Shown in pieces: positions 41,279 to 53,167 of a stretch of DNA of 64,000 nucleotides (its first letter is position 1; every line of letters begins with the position of its first letter). The stretch is from an uncultured Anaerolineales bacterium (lineage in GTDB: Bacteria > Chloroflexota > Anaerolineae > Anaerolineales > UBA11858): the NCBI GenBank assembly GCA_964613985.1, contig CAZTJD010000003.1, positions 35,791 through 99,790 of the forward strand, given 5' to 3'. The translations under genes were made by a program, and so were the position numbers. The notes below the pieces were generated by a model. The model was not told where the DNA came from. It ran no database searches and saw nothing but the letters and a program-made list of their open reading frames with translations.

Positions 41279-44200
41279 TCATTGCTCCATCAGGCGCCTC
41301 ACCGTTTGATTAAATTCGTTGACAGAAAAAGGCTTTTGAAGCCAATCAACATTACCTGTTTCGAGCACTCTTTGATTATCACTATCCAGGGGATGCCCAG
41401 TAATGAAGAGCATCCGGATTCCAGGCCAACGGATTTGCATCACATTGTATAAATCCATCCCACCCATTTCCGGCATGAAGATATCACTGACGACCAGGGC
41501 AATCTCAACATTCTTTTTAGTTAAGATATCGAGCGCTTCTTTACCATTGGAAGCAGACAAGACCTGGAAATTATTAGCAGCTAGAAAAGCCTGAAGAGCA
41601 GTTCGAGTTGAATCGTCATCCTCAACCAACAACACCGTCTTTCCGGTACCGTCAACCGTTCGAAGGTCAGCGGTGTCACGGCTAAAATCTTGATGTGAAA
41701 TCAACGCTGGGAGAAAAATGTAGAAGCAGGTACCCACTTCCAGTTGGCTGTCGACCTCAATAAATCCCTCATGCTGTCGAACAATACCATAAACCTGAGC
41801 TAATCCCAACCCAGTCCCCTGCCCAACAGGTTTGGTTGTAAAGAAAGGTTCGAAGATTTTCGACTTGTTTTCCAGAGGAATCCCTATGCCAGTATCCCTG
41901 ACCGTAATAGAAATATAATCGCCTGGGGGAATATTCATAAAAGGTGGGGCTTTGTCATGATCACCGATGTGACAATGTTCAAGGTGAAAATCTAATTTGC
42001 CACCTTCAGGCATGGCGTCCCTTGCATTCACTGCCAGGTTCAAAAAAACCTGTTGGAGACGAGTTGGATCCGCCAAAATGATATAATCTCGTTCATCATA
42101 AAATAGGTTCAGTTGAATTGTCTCAGGTAGGGTTCGTTGGAGAAGTTTTAGGATTTCCTTCATGAAAGGAAGCAGATTGAGGGCTCTTTGTTCCATAATC
42201 GAGCTTCGGCTAAAATCTAAGATCTGGCGGATCAAGCTTGAAGCTCTCTGTACCTGTTGTTGGATCACGCCCAACCGTTCTTCGGTGGTAGTGGTTAAAG
42301 ACGGTTCCATCATCAGTAGATCGGTGTAGACGACAATGGCGGCCATGATGTTGTTAAAATCATGCGCAATGCCTGATGCCAGTTGTCCAACAGTAGCCAG
42401 CCTGTCCTGCATTTGGATCCTTTCCTGGATTCCTCGTTCTTGGGTTACATCCCGCAAGGTTAATACCCATTGGACACTTTCGCCCTTGATTTTTCTTGCT
42501 TGTGCTTCATAAATCCCTCTTTCAGGTTCATCAATTGCAACCTCAATTGGAATGGAACTATCCTGGGATTTATATAGATCAGGCAAAGTCATGTCTCCAA
42601 GATGGGTAATTCTCAAGTCTTCAGTTTGCCGAGATATTGCAGCAAGCAGATCTTTTCCTAGTTGATTGCTCAAGAGTAGATGATCATCCTGATCCAACAA
42701 CAGAACACCAACCGGAAGCATCTCAATCAGGCTTTCAAGGCGATATTGTTCCGCTGCCAGTAAATCAACAAGGCGATTTACATCTTCATATCTCCTGACA
42801 TTACTTAGAGCCAAGCCAACCTGTTGACAAATGGATTGCAGCAAATCGAGGTGATCATCAGTAAAGGCAGCTGCCTTATCCTGTAAAACTGTCATCACAC
42901 CTAACAGATTTTGTCCATCCGAGATGGGAGAAACTATCATCGAATGGACTCTCTCGCTGAGATAGGGGATTTCTGCCCAACGCTCATCCTGCAACACATC
43001 ATGAATATTTAAAGCTTTATTGTTTTGGGCAACCCAACCCACGATCCCTTCCCCAATATTCATACGTAGTTCCTTGTCAGGGTCCAGGTGATAGGTTGGA
43101 AGGATTTCTCGGGCATATAATACCTGGAGTACCAGGCAGTTTCCATCCCTGTCGTAAATCCAAACCGCGCCAACATTTCCAGCTAACGCCTGGCAGGTCA
43201 GTTCTAGGGCTTGTTTTAATATTTCTGCCAGATCAAGTGAAACGGCAAGGCCCTGGCTCACATTATATAGCAATGAGATATGACGCCGCTCACTCATTGT
43301 TTGCTCAAACAATCGGGCATTTTCTATTGCCAAAGCGCCTTGATCAGCCAATAAACGGAGCAAACGCAGATCAACTTCTGAAAATGCATGAGGATTTATA
43401 TGGGCAACATTTAGAACTCCAACAACCCGTTCGCTGATTTTCAGGGGGATACCGACAATTGATCCAGTCAAATTTCCTTTTGAGGCTTCCTCTGAAAACA
43501 ATGGATGAGCCCCAAAATCTTCCACTAATATGGTTTCGCCAGAACGCGCTACGCTATACGTTAATCCATGCTGGCGAGGTTGAGAAAATAAGAATCCTCT
43601 ACGTCCGTCTTGCCATAAAGATGATCCAAACTTTAAGTTTTCATTGTCAAAGGTGAAAATGTATGCATCCTGAATATTCGGTATCAGCTCGAAAACCCCA
43701 TTCAGGATTGAATCAAATACAGCTTCTGACTCCAATCTTGCCGTGAGTCCAAGACTCACCTGACGAAGGATTTCCAACTCAGCTGCTCTTTTTTCCTCCG
43801 ATTTGAATAAATTTGTCCTTTCAATGGCAATCGCCATATGACGAGCCAAGGTTTGGACCGTTAATAAGTCTTCTTCGGTGAAAAAATTAACTTTATCGCT
43901 ATCGACCATCAATGTCCCGATCATTTTATTTTGGATAACAACCGGCACCCCCATGAATGAGCGGACATGCCCTGCCCCAGGCAACCATATCCAATCTGGA
44001 TGTTGGCGAACATCAGCAATCATAATTGGATGAAGGTCCTTTGCCATGTTAGCCAAGATACGACTATCCTTTAAAGAGCTTCCCGCTTGGTTTTTAACCA
44101 TTTCATGATCTTTGTAACCGATTACTGCCACAAATGCTGGAGACCCCGTTTTCTCCCATAATAGCACGGAGGCAGTATTATAGATCAACATGCTTTTTAG

Positions 44201-46924
44201 CTGTCCAAGGATCAATTCTAAAATTTGTTCAGACTCCAAACTTGATCCTAAAACCTGTGCAACTTCTTGCAAGGTCTCCGCTTGTCTTCGTGCCTTACGT
44301 TCTGCCTCAAACAGGCGGGCGTTTTCTAATACAACCGCGAATTGAACAGCTAATGACTCGAGGAAGCGCTGATGTGATTCATCAAATGCATTTGGTTGAA
44401 AGGACTGAACAGAAATAGCACCAATTAAATTTGACCTGGATATTAAAGGAACCCCAAGCCAACCATGAACTGGTTTAACGCCTCGAATTGGTTCTATGGG
44501 AAGCGAATCTTGATCTATGTCGTGTACCAGGAGTGGTCTTCGGTTTTCCAGAATCCATCCCGTTAACCCTCCTTCTGATAGGGTATACCGGTTGTCTAAA
44601 AATTCATGAACAGGTTCTTCATGTTCAATGGCAAAAACAATGGAATAAGTTTCATCTCTCGAATTGTAAAGGGCAACAATGAAAGTATCGGGCGACATTA
44701 AATGCTGGATATGTTCGTAAAGGTTCTCCAAAAGAATGCTAATGTCTAGAATGCTGCTGGTAGCTAAAGCCGCATCATATAAGCCTGATAATTCCTGTGA
44801 CCGTCGCTGAGCCTCAAACACAAGGCGCATATTTTCAATTGCAATTGCCAATTGATCTGCCATCGTTTGGAACGCAATCAAGTCATGTCCATCAAATGCT
44901 CCTACATCCTGGCTTTGAACATCAAATACACCTATGACCCGATTCATTATCTTTAAGGGAACGGTCATTTCTGAACGTGTTTCTAGGAGCAAGGGTTGTT
45001 TAAGGTGAAACGGGTCCTTGCTAACATCAGGTGCAATTCGAGGCTGGCCTTTATTGGCAACATATCCTACGATTCCGCGTGCACCTACCTCCAATTGATG
45101 TCCCTGGGACAATAATTGAGCTCCTCTTTCACCAGATGCCGCGGTCAGGATAATATGATTTTTGTCAACATCCATTAAAAAAATACCAGCATAATAAAAA
45201 CCAAAATGCTCGGTGACAAGATCAACCGCCCGTTTTAAGAGACTTTCGAGATCCCTGGCTGTCGCGGCATCCCTGGCAATTTCTGCAGCAACTTGTAACT
45301 GTGTAGCATAACGCTCGATGTTATCAGCGAAGGTTAACAGCCCAAATTCGGCTTCCTTTTGTTTCGTGATGTCACGCCCCACACCTTGGTATTCAATTGG
45401 ATTCCCTTCAGGGTCCAAGATAACTCGATCAAGCCATTCCATCCAGATCAAATGACCATCTGGTAAAAGATGACGATGCTGACTGGATATGATTGGATTT
45501 TCCTTGTTAAGTCTTTCTTGAATTAACTTTAATGTCTGATAATTTTCATTGGAAAGGATATCTTCATGATGCAAGCCAATAATTTCATCAGGGGATTTAC
45601 CTATCAAACGAGCATAAGCTGAGTTGGCAAATGTGATGATTCCATCTGGTGAATAGCTGTTAATAGCCTCGGTTTGATCCTCTACAACAGCACGATAACG
45701 GACTTCACTTATGCGTAAAGCAGCTTCAATCTGCTGTCGTTCCTCAAGTTCTTCTTGGCCCGCCTTATAGAGTCTGGTATTATCGATTGCAATCGCTAAC
45801 TGATCGGCTACAGCGGTCAGTATGTACTGGTCATCGATAGTAAAGTTATTTATTTGTGTACTTTGAGCATCTAAAACACCTATAACCTGATTTTTCACCT
45901 TTATTGGTACAGCCAATTCAGACTTCATTTGCAACTCTGGTATTTTTGCGAAAAACCGATCATCTTTTGTGACATCGCTTACCAACAAAGGCAATCCTTT
46001 TTTCGCAACCCAACCGTTAATTCCTTCAACTCCGATCTTCAAGCGAATTTGACCTTCACGAGATCGCAATGATTCCAAGGAAGACGCACGGAGGACAATT
46101 TCTTCCCCCTCAGCTAGCAGGATATTCACATTGGAAAATCCAAAAGTATCCGTTAAACGTTCAACTGTAATACGAAGCAATTCATTGATTTCCATGATTG
46201 CAGTTGTGTTGTGCCCCATTTCCATCAACAACTCCAGTCGAGTCGCCCGTATTCGGAGCTCTTCTTCTGCATGGATTCGTTCATTTACTTCGTGCTTTAG
46301 TTTTTCTGCAACTTGAGACAGGTCATGATGCCTGTCAAGGGTAATCCATTTTTGGTTATATAAACCGATGATTGCCAACAACGAAGCAACAAGATTGATT
46401 GATAATGGTTCAAAAATATCGTAGAAATCCAGCATCCCATCTGGCATAACCCAAGGTAATGAGACGATTATGGTAAGGTTAATAACACTGAACAGGATTG
46501 TTCCCCAGGCAGGAAGGAAGATCTCACTCATCAACAAGCTTAGGATAAGCATGGTGAGAGAGATCTTTATTTCAGCGAAAACTGGTTGCTGATTGATAGC
46601 GTTCAAGACTGCAAGTGGAATTATCGATGTGGTCAATACGGCAGCAATAATATAGTATCTACTGCGACTGATCCAGTACACCAATAAGGTAATCATGAAA
46701 ATTATGAAAAACTGGGGAAGAAAAGTGCTGTATTGAGGATTGGTAAAACACCTCAAGGTGATCGCAACGAGGAAAATCAGTGCGGTATAAATCAAAAAAA
46801 TAGAAAGAAGATGGGATCGTCGTCTCTGACCCGGATCCGTTAATTTATCAGATGGTTTTGTTAGCCAATCCCAACCTTTAACAATCTTCTTCTTAATTTC
46901 CGTGGACCAAACCACAACAGCCAT
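41279..46924 (-). CDS. Membrane hybrid sensor histidine kinase (TM region, 6 GAF, PAS, HisKA, HATPase, REC)
   Basis: Six GAF ends of the A(I/L/V)AIEN(A)RL type, PAS ending [14 protein letters not shown]-box, [24 protein letters not shown], receiver DIFMP...KPF. Confidence 0.92.
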   Translation of the reverse strand: MAVVVWSTEIKKKIVKGWDWLTKPSDKLTDPGQRRRSHLLSIFLIYTALIFLVAITLRCFTNPQYSTFLPQFFIIFMITLLVYWISRSRYYIIAAVLTTSIIPLAVLNAINQQPVFAEIKISLTMLILSLLMSEIFLPAWGTILFSVINLTIIVSLPWVMPDGMLDFYDIFEPLSINLVASLLAIIGLYNQKWITLDRHHDLSQVAEKLKHEVNERIHAEEELRIRATRLELLMEMGHNTTAIMEINELLRITVERLTDTFGFSNVNILLAEGEEIVLRASSLESLRSREGQIRLKIGVEGINGWVAKKGLPLLVSDVTKDDRFFAKIPELQMKSELAVPIKVKNQVIGVLDAQSTQINNFTIDDQYILTAVADQLAIAIDNTRLYKAGQEELEERQQIEAALRISEVRYRAVVEDQTEAINSYSPDGIITFANSAYARLIGKSPDEIIGLHHEDILSNENYQTLKLIQERLNKENPIISSQHRHLLPDGHLIWMEWLDRVILDPEGNPIEYQGVGRDITKQKEAEFGLLTFADNIERYATQLQVAAEIARDAATARDLESLLKRAVDLVTEHFGFYYAGIFLMDVDKNHIILTAASGERGAQLLSQGHQLEVGARGIVGYVANKGQPRIAPDVSKDPFHLKQPLLLETRSEMTVPLKIMNRVIGVFDVQSQDVGAFDGHDLIAFQTMADQLAIAIENMRLVFEAQRRSQELSGLYDAALATSSILDISILLENLYEHIQHLMSPDTFIVALYNSRDETYSIVFAIEHEEPVHEFLDNRYTLSEGGLTGWILENRRPLLVHDIDQDSLPIEPIRGVKPVHGWLGVPLISRSNLIGAISVQSFQPNAFDESHQRFLESLAVQFAVVLENARLFEAERKARRQAETLQEVAQVLGSSLESEQILELILGQLKSMLIYNTASVLLWEKTGSPAFVAVIGYKDHEMVKNQAGSSLKDSRILANMAKDLHPIMIADVRQHPDWIWLPGAGHVRSFMGVPVVIQNKMIGTLMVDSDKVNFFTEEDLLTVQTLARHMAIAIERTNLFKSEEKRAAELEILRQVSLGLTARLESEAVFDSILNGVFELIPNIQDAYIFTFDNENLKFGSSLWQDGRRGFLFSQPRQHGLTYSVARSGETILVEDFGAHPLFSEEASKGNLTGSIVGIPLKISERVVGVLNVAHINPHAFSEVDLRLLRLLADQGALAIENARLFEQTMSERRHISLLYNVSQGLAVSLDLAEILKQALELTCQALAGNVGAVWIYDRDGNCLVLQVLYAREILPTYHLDPDKELRMNIGEGIVGWVAQNNKALNIHDVLQDERWAEIPYLSERVHSMIVSPISDGQNLLGVMTVLQDKAAAFTDDHLDLLQSICQQVGLALSNVRRYEDVNRLVDLLAAEQYRLESLIEMLPVGVLLLDQDDHLLLSNQLGKDLLAAISRQTEDLRITHLGDMTLPDLYKSQDSSIPIEVAIDEPERGIYEAQARKIKGESVQWVLTLRDVTQERGIQERIQMQDRLATVGQLASGIAHDFNNIMAAIVVYTDLLMMEPSLTTTTEERLGVIQQQVQRASSLIRQILDFSRSSIMEQRALNLLPFMKEILKLLQRTLPETIQLNLFYDERDYIILADPTRLQQVFLNLAVNARDAMPEGGKLDFHLEHCHIGDHDKAPPFMNIPPGDYISITVRDTGIGIPLENKSKIFEPFFTTKPVGQGTGLGLAQVYGIVRQHEGFIEVDSQLEVGTCFYIFLPALISHQDFSRDTADLRTVDGTGKTVLLVEDDDSTRTALQAFLAANNFQVLSASNGKEALDILTKKNVEIALVVSDIFMPEMGGMDLYNVMQIRWPGIRMLFITGHPLDSDNQRVLETGNVDWLQKPFSVNEFNQTVRRLMEQ

Positions 46925-46934
46925 CTTTTTCTTT

Positions 46935-48662
46935 CTATTTTTTCCAATGGTCGAAAAGATCTTTTACTAGATAATAATCACTTCGCCGGAATCCTCGATG
47001 GAGGTAATAACGTCGAGTACCGACAGCAGAAATCACAGCAATCCTCCGGAAACCACGAGTCCTGGCAATATTTTCAACATGGTCTAATAATGCGGTCCCT
47101 AAACCAACGTGTTGAGCTGCGCCATCCTTAGATTCTCCCACTTTAAGTGATTGACCGTACACATGTACCTCTCGAATAATTGCTGCTCTTTGTAAATCTG
47201 TCATGCCAGTATCTGGTGCGGTAGGACCTGGTAAACTCAAACGGATAAACCCTGCCAAGCGGTCATCCGGGGTATCCCAAGAAATGAAATGTTCTTCTGT
47301 GTCTCCAACTTTATAAACCAGATCGTTGATCGAAAGATCTTCAACCTCAATCTGCATGCCGCGCACTTCTCTACAGCGGATGCAGGTACATTTTTCGCGG
47401 CGTTGTTTGAGCTCCAGGTGGATATCCTGCCGAAGACTGGTGCGTTTGTTCCCCTCAACGACATGGGTTGAAGGGATATCGCGAATTACACGATTTACCC
47501 GACAGTAACGAGGAATGGTCGGCTTGATGTCGGCAATTAAATTGATCAATTCTTCCGTGGAATATGGATGATAAGCGCCTACCTGCCAATATTCAAATAA
47601 TTCCGTACCAGCTAAAAGTTGGGTGGGATATATCTTGATCTCATCTGGTGCAAGCAAAGGCCAAAGACGTGTAAAATCTTCTCTATCCGATTCAAGGGTC
47701 GCACCCAGGAGATTGGGCATCCAGTGCAACACAATCTTAAAACCAGAAGCTCGTAACAGAGCAACAGCTCGAACAGAATCCTCTACAGTATGACCGCGGT
47801 TATTAAGGGTCAAGATGCGGTTATCCAAACTTTGAATCCCCATCTGGATTTTCGTGATACCCAAATAGCGAAGCCAAGCCAATTCCTGAAGATTAATCTC
47901 ATCTGGTCGAGTTTCAATGACCAATCCGACATTCTTATGGGTTGCTACTTCGTTTTGATATTGAAGTTCAAGCAAATTCGGCGAATTTCCATGCACATCC
48001 AGGCGCTTGGAAGGTGGAATAGCATCGACCACCTGGTTTTCCACCTCTTCCACTTGTGAATCCTCTTGGTTATATGAACCCTCTGCGTTCATTGCTTCAA
48101 AGCAACGCTGGATGAACCATTCCTGGTATTCCTTCTGGTAAGAATTCCAGGTCCCACCCAAAATAAGCAGCTCGATTTTGTCAGTGGGATGTCCTACTGC
48201 GTGTAATGTGTCGATCCGAGCAATTACCTGTTCATATGGATCATAATTATGATAAAGGGCGCGCATCGCTCCAGGTTCATCCGGTAGATAACTCTTCGGC
48301 ATCCTGACATCCTCCGGGCAGAAGATGCACTTCCCTGGACATGGATAAGGTTTGGTTAATACAGTAACAGTTGTAACCCCGGAAAGTGTACGCGTGGGTT
48401 TCAGCCGTATTTTTGAAAGCAAAGTGGGATCAGGTTCCCATTCTCCTTCTACTACCAGCTGCCGGTATACTTCAACTAATATCGATTTGCCTAAGAACCC
48501 ACCTCCATCAGGCAGAGGATAACGTCTGATGGCTTCGAATACGTTCTCACCGTTCCGTATTCTTTCTAACGCTTTCCGAGCCAAAGCCTTTTTTTCCGGC
48601 GTCAGTTGCTTGGTCTTATACCAAGCCTTTTCTCGAGAAGACAGTAACTTATTAGACATCAT
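46935..48662 (-). CDS. elp3: Elp3 radical-SAM/KAT tRNA U34 carboxymethyltransferase
   Basis: KPTRTLSGV, KPYPCPGKCIFCP, PKSY, DKIELLILGGTW, ETRPD, MGIQS, KIYPT, RVIRDIP, IREVHVYG, QHVGLG, VISAVGTRRYY. Confidence 0.93.
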   Translation of the reverse strand: MMSNKLLSSREKAWYKTKQLTPEKKALARKALERIRNGENVFEAIRRYPLPDGGGFLGKSILVEVYRQLVVEGEWEPDPTLLSKIRLKPTRTLSGVTTVTVLTKPYPCPGKCIFCPEDVRMPKSYLPDEPGAMRALYHNYDPYEQVIARIDTLHAVGHPTDKIELLILGGTWNSYQKEYQEWFIQRCFEAMNAEGSYNQEDSQVEEVENQVVDAIPPSKRLDVHGNSPNLLELQYQNEVATHKNVGLVIETRPDEINLQELAWLRYLGITKIQMGIQSLDNRILTLNNRGHTVEDSVRAVALLRASGFKIVLHWMPNLLGATLESDREDFTRLWPLLAPDEIKIYPTQLLAGTELFEYWQVGAYHPYSTEELINLIADIKPTIPRYCRVNRVIRDIPSTHVVEGNKRTSLRQDIHLELKQRREKCTCIRCREVRGMQIEVEDLSINDLVYKVGDTEEHFISWDTPDDRLAGFIRLSLPGPTAPDTGMTDLQRAAIIREVHVYGQSLKVGESKDGAAQHVGLGTALLDHVENIARTRGFRRIAVISAVGTRRYYLHRGFRRSDYYLVKDLFDHWKK

Positions 48663-48825
48663 TTTAACTCACATAGATTTTACCAATAAAGTCAAGTTGT
48701 AAAGACAAGATATCGTAGTCGGTTAATAATCCACCAAACATAAAAACACAAATTTGACCACTCGAGAGTGCAGCAATTTTAAACGCTTTAGATTTTACGA
48801 TTAGAGAATAAAAAACAACAAGAAA

Positions 48826-48853
48826 GAGCAATTTCGTTTCACTCAATATGACA
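48826..48853. repeat. REP-like half copy
   Basis: GAGCAATTTCGTTTCACTCAATATGACA resembles the 58846-58872 copy. Confidence 0.45.
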
Positions 48854-49022
48854 ACCAATCAATAGGTGTTTCGTTACATTTAACATGACATAGTAAAAAT
48901 GGATATGCAACAGGCGCATCGATCAATATCAGCTCTAATCAAAGGAGTTTCTTTGAACAATATAGGGGATGACCGAAAAAACCTTGCTATGGGATCTTTT
49001 AGGAATTAAAGGATTCCCAGGC

Positions 49023-49028
49023 TATAAT
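49023..49028 (+). promoter_or_regulatory. -10 box, probable leaderless start of the methyltransferase gene
   Basis: TATAAT, then 6 nt, then ATG at 49035; no SD. Confidence 0.55.
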
Positions 49029-49034
49029 TGAGCT

Positions 49035-49892
49035 ATGGAAGATTCTGTACTCCAAAAACTCCTTACCATTAACCGGGAATTTTACCAGACCTTTGCCTCG
49101 GATTTTTCGTCCACCCGAATGAGATTGCAACCGGGTGTGCTAAAAATTTTAACCAGTGTACCTCGCCAATCAAATATCCTGGACATAGGATGCGGAAATG
49201 GAGAATTAGCACATTGGTTGGCTGAAAAAGGACAAAGAGGGGTATATTTAGGGCTTGATTTCAGCCCTGGATTGGTAGAAATCGCTCGAGCCAGACTTAA
49301 TACGAACAGCAAGAAGAAAAAGGGGGAGATCAATCAAGGTGACAGTTTTGATGCTGGTTCTTTCAACTTTCTCCAAGCCGATCTTACATCCCAATCTTGG
49401 GACTTAAAGGTTCAGGATTTTTTAGAATCAAACTTAATAACTAATCGGCTTGATTTTGTCTTCGCTTTCTCCACGCTCCATCACCTCCCGGGAAAAGAAA
49501 TTCAAAGCCGAACTTGTAAAAAAATCCACACCTTGTTGAACGAAAATGGGTATCTCATCCACTCAAACTGGCAGTTTCTTAACAGCGAACGCCTCCGCAG
49601 ACGAATTCAACCCTGGAGTACCGTTAATCTGAGTCAGGATAATGTCGATGCAGGGGATTGTTTATTAGATTGGCGCCAGGGTGGGTATGGGTTGCGATAC
49701 GCCCATCACTTCAGCGAGGACGAATTATTTGCGCTGGCTTTGACAACCGGGTTTGAGGTGATCAATAGTTTTTACTCGGATGGCAAAGTGGAAAATCTTG
49801 GTCTCTACCAGATCTGGAAAAAAATAAAACAGCACACAGGCAACCTTGAAAGAGGATCAGATTCAAATTCCATATGCTTACCCAGCGATTAG
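49035..49892 (+). CDS. Class I SAM-dependent methyltransferase, Trm9/ALKBH8-like
   Basis: FYQTFASDFSSTR, LDIGCGNG, GLDFS, STLHHL, SNWQF, DCLLDW, RYAHHFSEDEL. Confidence 0.75.
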   Translation: MEDSVLQKLLTINREFYQTFASDFSSTRMRLQPGVLKILTSVPRQSNILDIGCGNGELAHWLAEKGQRGVYLGLDFSPGLVEIARARLNTNSKKKKGEINQGDSFDAGSFNFLQADLTSQSWDLKVQDFLESNLITNRLDFVFAFSTLHHLPGKEIQSRTCKKIHTLLNENGYLIHSNWQFLNSERLRRRIQPWSTVNLSQDNVDAGDCLLDWRQGGYGLRYAHHFSEDELFALALTTGFEVINSFYSDGKVENLGLYQIWKKIKQHTGNLERGSDSNSICLPSD

Positions 49893-50354
49893 AAGACCTA
49901 AAATCAAACCAAGCAGAAGGCAGAAGAACGGACCTACCAAGACCAAAAGGGATGGGATGATCAGAGAATCTAGGTAAACTACCTCAGCGGCAAAAATGGG
50001 TTCATTTTCTACAACATATCCACGGTTGCTTAACCAGAAGCGAACCTCTCCCTTTGCAGTGACCCTGCCGCTATTTTGTAAGCGAAAAAATTTTACATTA
50101 CTCGAGGATTCTTCTGCCACCAGTGTGGGAGAAATCATCCTCGGCTTTTCCTCCTCCGTCATTCTTTCGACGAGATGGAAATTTAAATCATCTTTCTCAA
50201 AAGCTCCTTTTTTGATTACCTTTAACTCAAATTGAATCTCCTGACCGATAAAATACGGCCAAAAGGGGAAACGCTTACGCCAAGGATTTATCGGGGAGAC
50301 CTCTATGTCTAATCCATTCCAGTTTCTAAGATGATTGTAAAAGGGCATTTGCAA
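49878..50354 (-). CDS. Hypothetical protein with C-terminal membrane anchor
   Basis: 158-aa ORF just downstream of ftsK with a GAGG RBS and a hydrophobic C-terminus. Confidence 0.65.
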   Translation of the reverse strand: MQMPFYNHLRNWNGLDIEVSPINPWRKRFPFWPYFIGQEIQFELKVIKKGAFEKDDLNFHLVERMTEEEKPRMISPTLVAEESSSNVKFFRLQNSGRVTAKGEVRFWLSNRGYVVENEPIFAAEVVYLDSLIIPSLLVLVGPFFCLLLGLILGLLIAG

Positions 50355-50362
50355 TCCTCAAA

Positions 50363-52723
50363 TTACTCTTCGTCCACTGGTGGAGCTGCTGGTCCATAAT
50401 CCAACACATCGCGAATTTGTGAGCCAGGTTGAGGGGCACCGATGATACCTTTTTCCTCGATGGATTCAATCAGCCTGGCACCACGCGTATAGCCAATACG
50501 TAATCGTCGTTGAAGCATAGAGATCGAAGCCCTGCCTTCACGCCGTATCAGGTCCACAGCCTCATCAAATAAGGGATCAAGTTCTTCTTCAGGTTCCAAA
50601 TCCACAAACATGGGCATTTGCTTAAGTGGTACCCCTCTTGGGATCATATCGGGTACCCCGCCCGATGCCGTAGCTAGCGATAATGGTGTGATATAACCGG
50701 TCTGTCTGTGCCAGAATTGCACCAAGCGCAGCAGTTCCGATTCCGAAACCCAGACACCCTGCAGCCTGACAGGTGCAGCTGCATCCGGGGCCTGGAAAAG
50801 CATATCTCCTCGTCCAAGCAGGCGCTCAGCACCTGGCTGGTCAAGGATGACACGGCTGTCTGTCCCCGATGCAGTCGCAAATGCGATCCTGGCAGGAAAG
50901 TTGGCTTTAATCAAGCCTGTTACAACGTCAACAGAAGGACGCTGGGTGGATATGACCATATGGATTCCAGTCGCACGCGCAAGCTGTGCCATACGGGTAA
51001 TTGTGCGTTCGGTCTCATCTGGCGACAGCATCATCAAGTCTGCCAGCTCATCAATCACAACTACCAGAAATGGGAGCCTTCGCTGGTTCGTTTCATCCAT
51101 ACGATTGTTGTATTCAGAAATATTCCGAGCACCAATCTCAGCGAACTTATGGTAACGCTGGTCCATTTCCCGTGTTGCCCACTGCAGGGCACCGATGACG
51201 CGTTCCATCTCTGTAACCACTGGTACTAACAGGTGAGGAATGCCGTCGTAACCTGTTAACTCCACTCGTTTCGGATCGACCATTAAGATACGCAAATCAT
51301 CAGGGGTATTTTTGATTAGCAAACAGGATATGATCGCATTTACACACACAGATTTCCCAGATCCTGTCGTCCCGGCGATTAAAAGGTGGGGCATCGCAGC
51401 CAGGTCAGCAGCGACAGCATTCCCGGCAACATCCTGACCGAGGGCAAAACGCAGCGATCTGCCATCTAACCGTTTGAAGGATTCGTTTTCTATTCCATCT
51501 CTCAGCGCAACCAGTGTGACAACCTCATTTGGCACTTCAATTCCAATAAATCCCTTTCCGGGCACAGGAGCCTGAACACGAATTCGGGTTGCAGCAAGGG
51601 CAAGGGCAAGGTCGTCCGCTAATCGGGCAATTTTCCCCACCCGAACCCGAGTGCGTCTACCTCGGGTCTCAATGAAATCTGGTTCGACGCCAAACTGGGT
51701 GATGGTTGGGCCACGATTGATCTCAACGACGTGCCCCGGCGCCCCAAAGGAATCCAGGGTCTCTTCAATAACCTGGGCACGATGGCGATCAAATTCATCG
51801 TCGATGGGCATATCCTCACCGATATCTAGAATTTCTTCCAACCGAGGCAGTTGCCATTCCCGGGGAGTGCTTTCATCCCAAAGCGAAGGCGTCGATTTAA
51901 TGGATTGAGGATAAACCTCTATCTGTGGCACGGGAAGGGGCTTGAGCACCGGTTTAAGGGGTTCCCGAGATGGGAAAAACACCTTCCTGCCATTTCGGGT
52001 TGACCATTCTGCCTGGAAATCATCCCAAAAATCTTGAATTCGCAGGATCAAAGGCAGTATCCAGGAAAAGAGTCCCAGTACAGACCGATCCAGGGTAATT
52101 GCAAGGGCGATGAGAAACCAGGCGAACAAAGCTACGAATGTGCCCCCTAATCCCAATCCAACTCGCATGAAATACTGCAACCAGGCCCCGATATACCCAC
52201 CGCCTTTGCCTTCTCTTGCCAAGGCAAGTGCAGCTTCTCTCCCATCGGGAAGTAAAGCGAAGTGCATACTGGTAAGGATAAAGAAGAAAAAAAAGATGAT
52301 ACCAACGCTTCGTTCAATAGAAATTTCTGGCAAGTGATCTGAATTTCTTAAAATCAGCCATATTCCTATAACGAACAGACCTGCTGGAAAAATGAATTCA
52401 CCCCAACCAAAGAGGGTTTTGATCAGATTAATCCACCCTCCCATTATGCCACCTTGTGTTACAGAAACCAACCCAAAGAGCGTCATCAAGCCAACCATCG
52501 CCATGATCACGCCAATGATGTCAAGCTTACGATCCAATGAGAGGTCATTCCAGAAAGACGAAACCGGCAATTTACTTGAACCTGGTTTCCCTCTGGCACG
52601 AGTGCCTGTTTTGCTTGTGGACCGGGTTCCCTTGCTGCTTCCAGGCGTGGAGCCACTTTTACGTGTTCGTGAGCTAGATTTCTTTGATCTAGAAGGTGAA
52701 CTAGATTTCCGCTTTTGTACCAT
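50363..52723 (-). CDS. ftsK: DNA translocase FtsK/SpoIIIE
   Basis: 4TM N-terminus, MPHLLIAGTTGSGKS, DPKRVEL, IDELADLM, TQRPSVDV, GAERLLGRGDML, gamma domain SISMLQRRLRIGYTRGAR. Confidence 0.96.
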   Translation of the reverse strand: MVQKRKSSSPSRSKKSSSRTRKSGSTPGSSKGTRSTSKTGTRARGKPGSSKLPVSSFWNDLSLDRKLDIIGVIMAMVGLMTLFGLVSVTQGGIMGGWINLIKTLFGWGEFIFPAGLFVIGIWLILRNSDHLPEISIERSVGIIFFFFFILTSMHFALLPDGREAALALAREGKGGGYIGAWLQYFMRVGLGLGGTFVALFAWFLIALAITLDRSVLGLFSWILPLILRIQDFWDDFQAEWSTRNGRKVFFPSREPLKPVLKPLPVPQIEVYPQSIKSTPSLWDESTPREWQLPRLEEILDIGEDMPIDDEFDRHRAQVIEETLDSFGAPGHVVEINRGPTITQFGVEPDFIETRGRRTRVRVGKIARLADDLALALAATRIRVQAPVPGKGFIGIEVPNEVVTLVALRDGIENESFKRLDGRSLRFALGQDVAGNAVAADLAAMPHLLIAGTTGSGKSVCVNAIISCLLIKNTPDDLRILMVDPKRVELTGYDGIPHLLVPVVTEMERVIGALQWATREMDQRYHKFAEIGARNISEYNNRMDETNQRRLPFLVVVIDELADLMMLSPDETERTITRMAQLARATGIHMVISTQRPSVDVVTGLIKANFPARIAFATASGTDSRVILDQPGAERLLGRGDMLFQAPDAAAPVRLQGVWVSESELLRLVQFWHRQTGYITPLSLATASGGVPDMIPRGVPLKQMPMFVDLEPEEELDPLFDEAVDLIRREGRASISMLQRRLRIGYTRGARLIESIEEKGIIGAPQPGSQIRDVLDYGPAAPPVDEE

Positions 52724-53167
52724 GACTTTGATAAATGGACAGAGAAGGTTTCAGAACCACAACTGTAATCTGCTTCCTATATCACATTCGGGTTTTCATC
52801 TCAAGGTTGATCGACTCCTGCAGGCGAATTATAGCACAAATGGTCTGTCAAACCGCAAGTGGTCTTCATATAAAGAGAGCTCTCTGGAACAGACTTAAAA
52901 TATGGTTCATTTTATGTTGCAATAGATGCGTAAACGAATTTGCTGGGAAGGAGAACGATCTTGAAGGCAATATGGTTATTCACTCATATACAAAGTAAAG
53001 GTGTTTAATTTGCCCATTTGCGGTAGAATTACCAAACCCAGAACGATAAAAACCACTGTTGTGGATCTGACCATACCCATTAACTTTAGGGTCATACCCA
53101 CACCAAGCCTGAATCCCGGATCTCAAACCCCTATTTTATTACCTAAATTCGACTAAAGGGAACCCAA

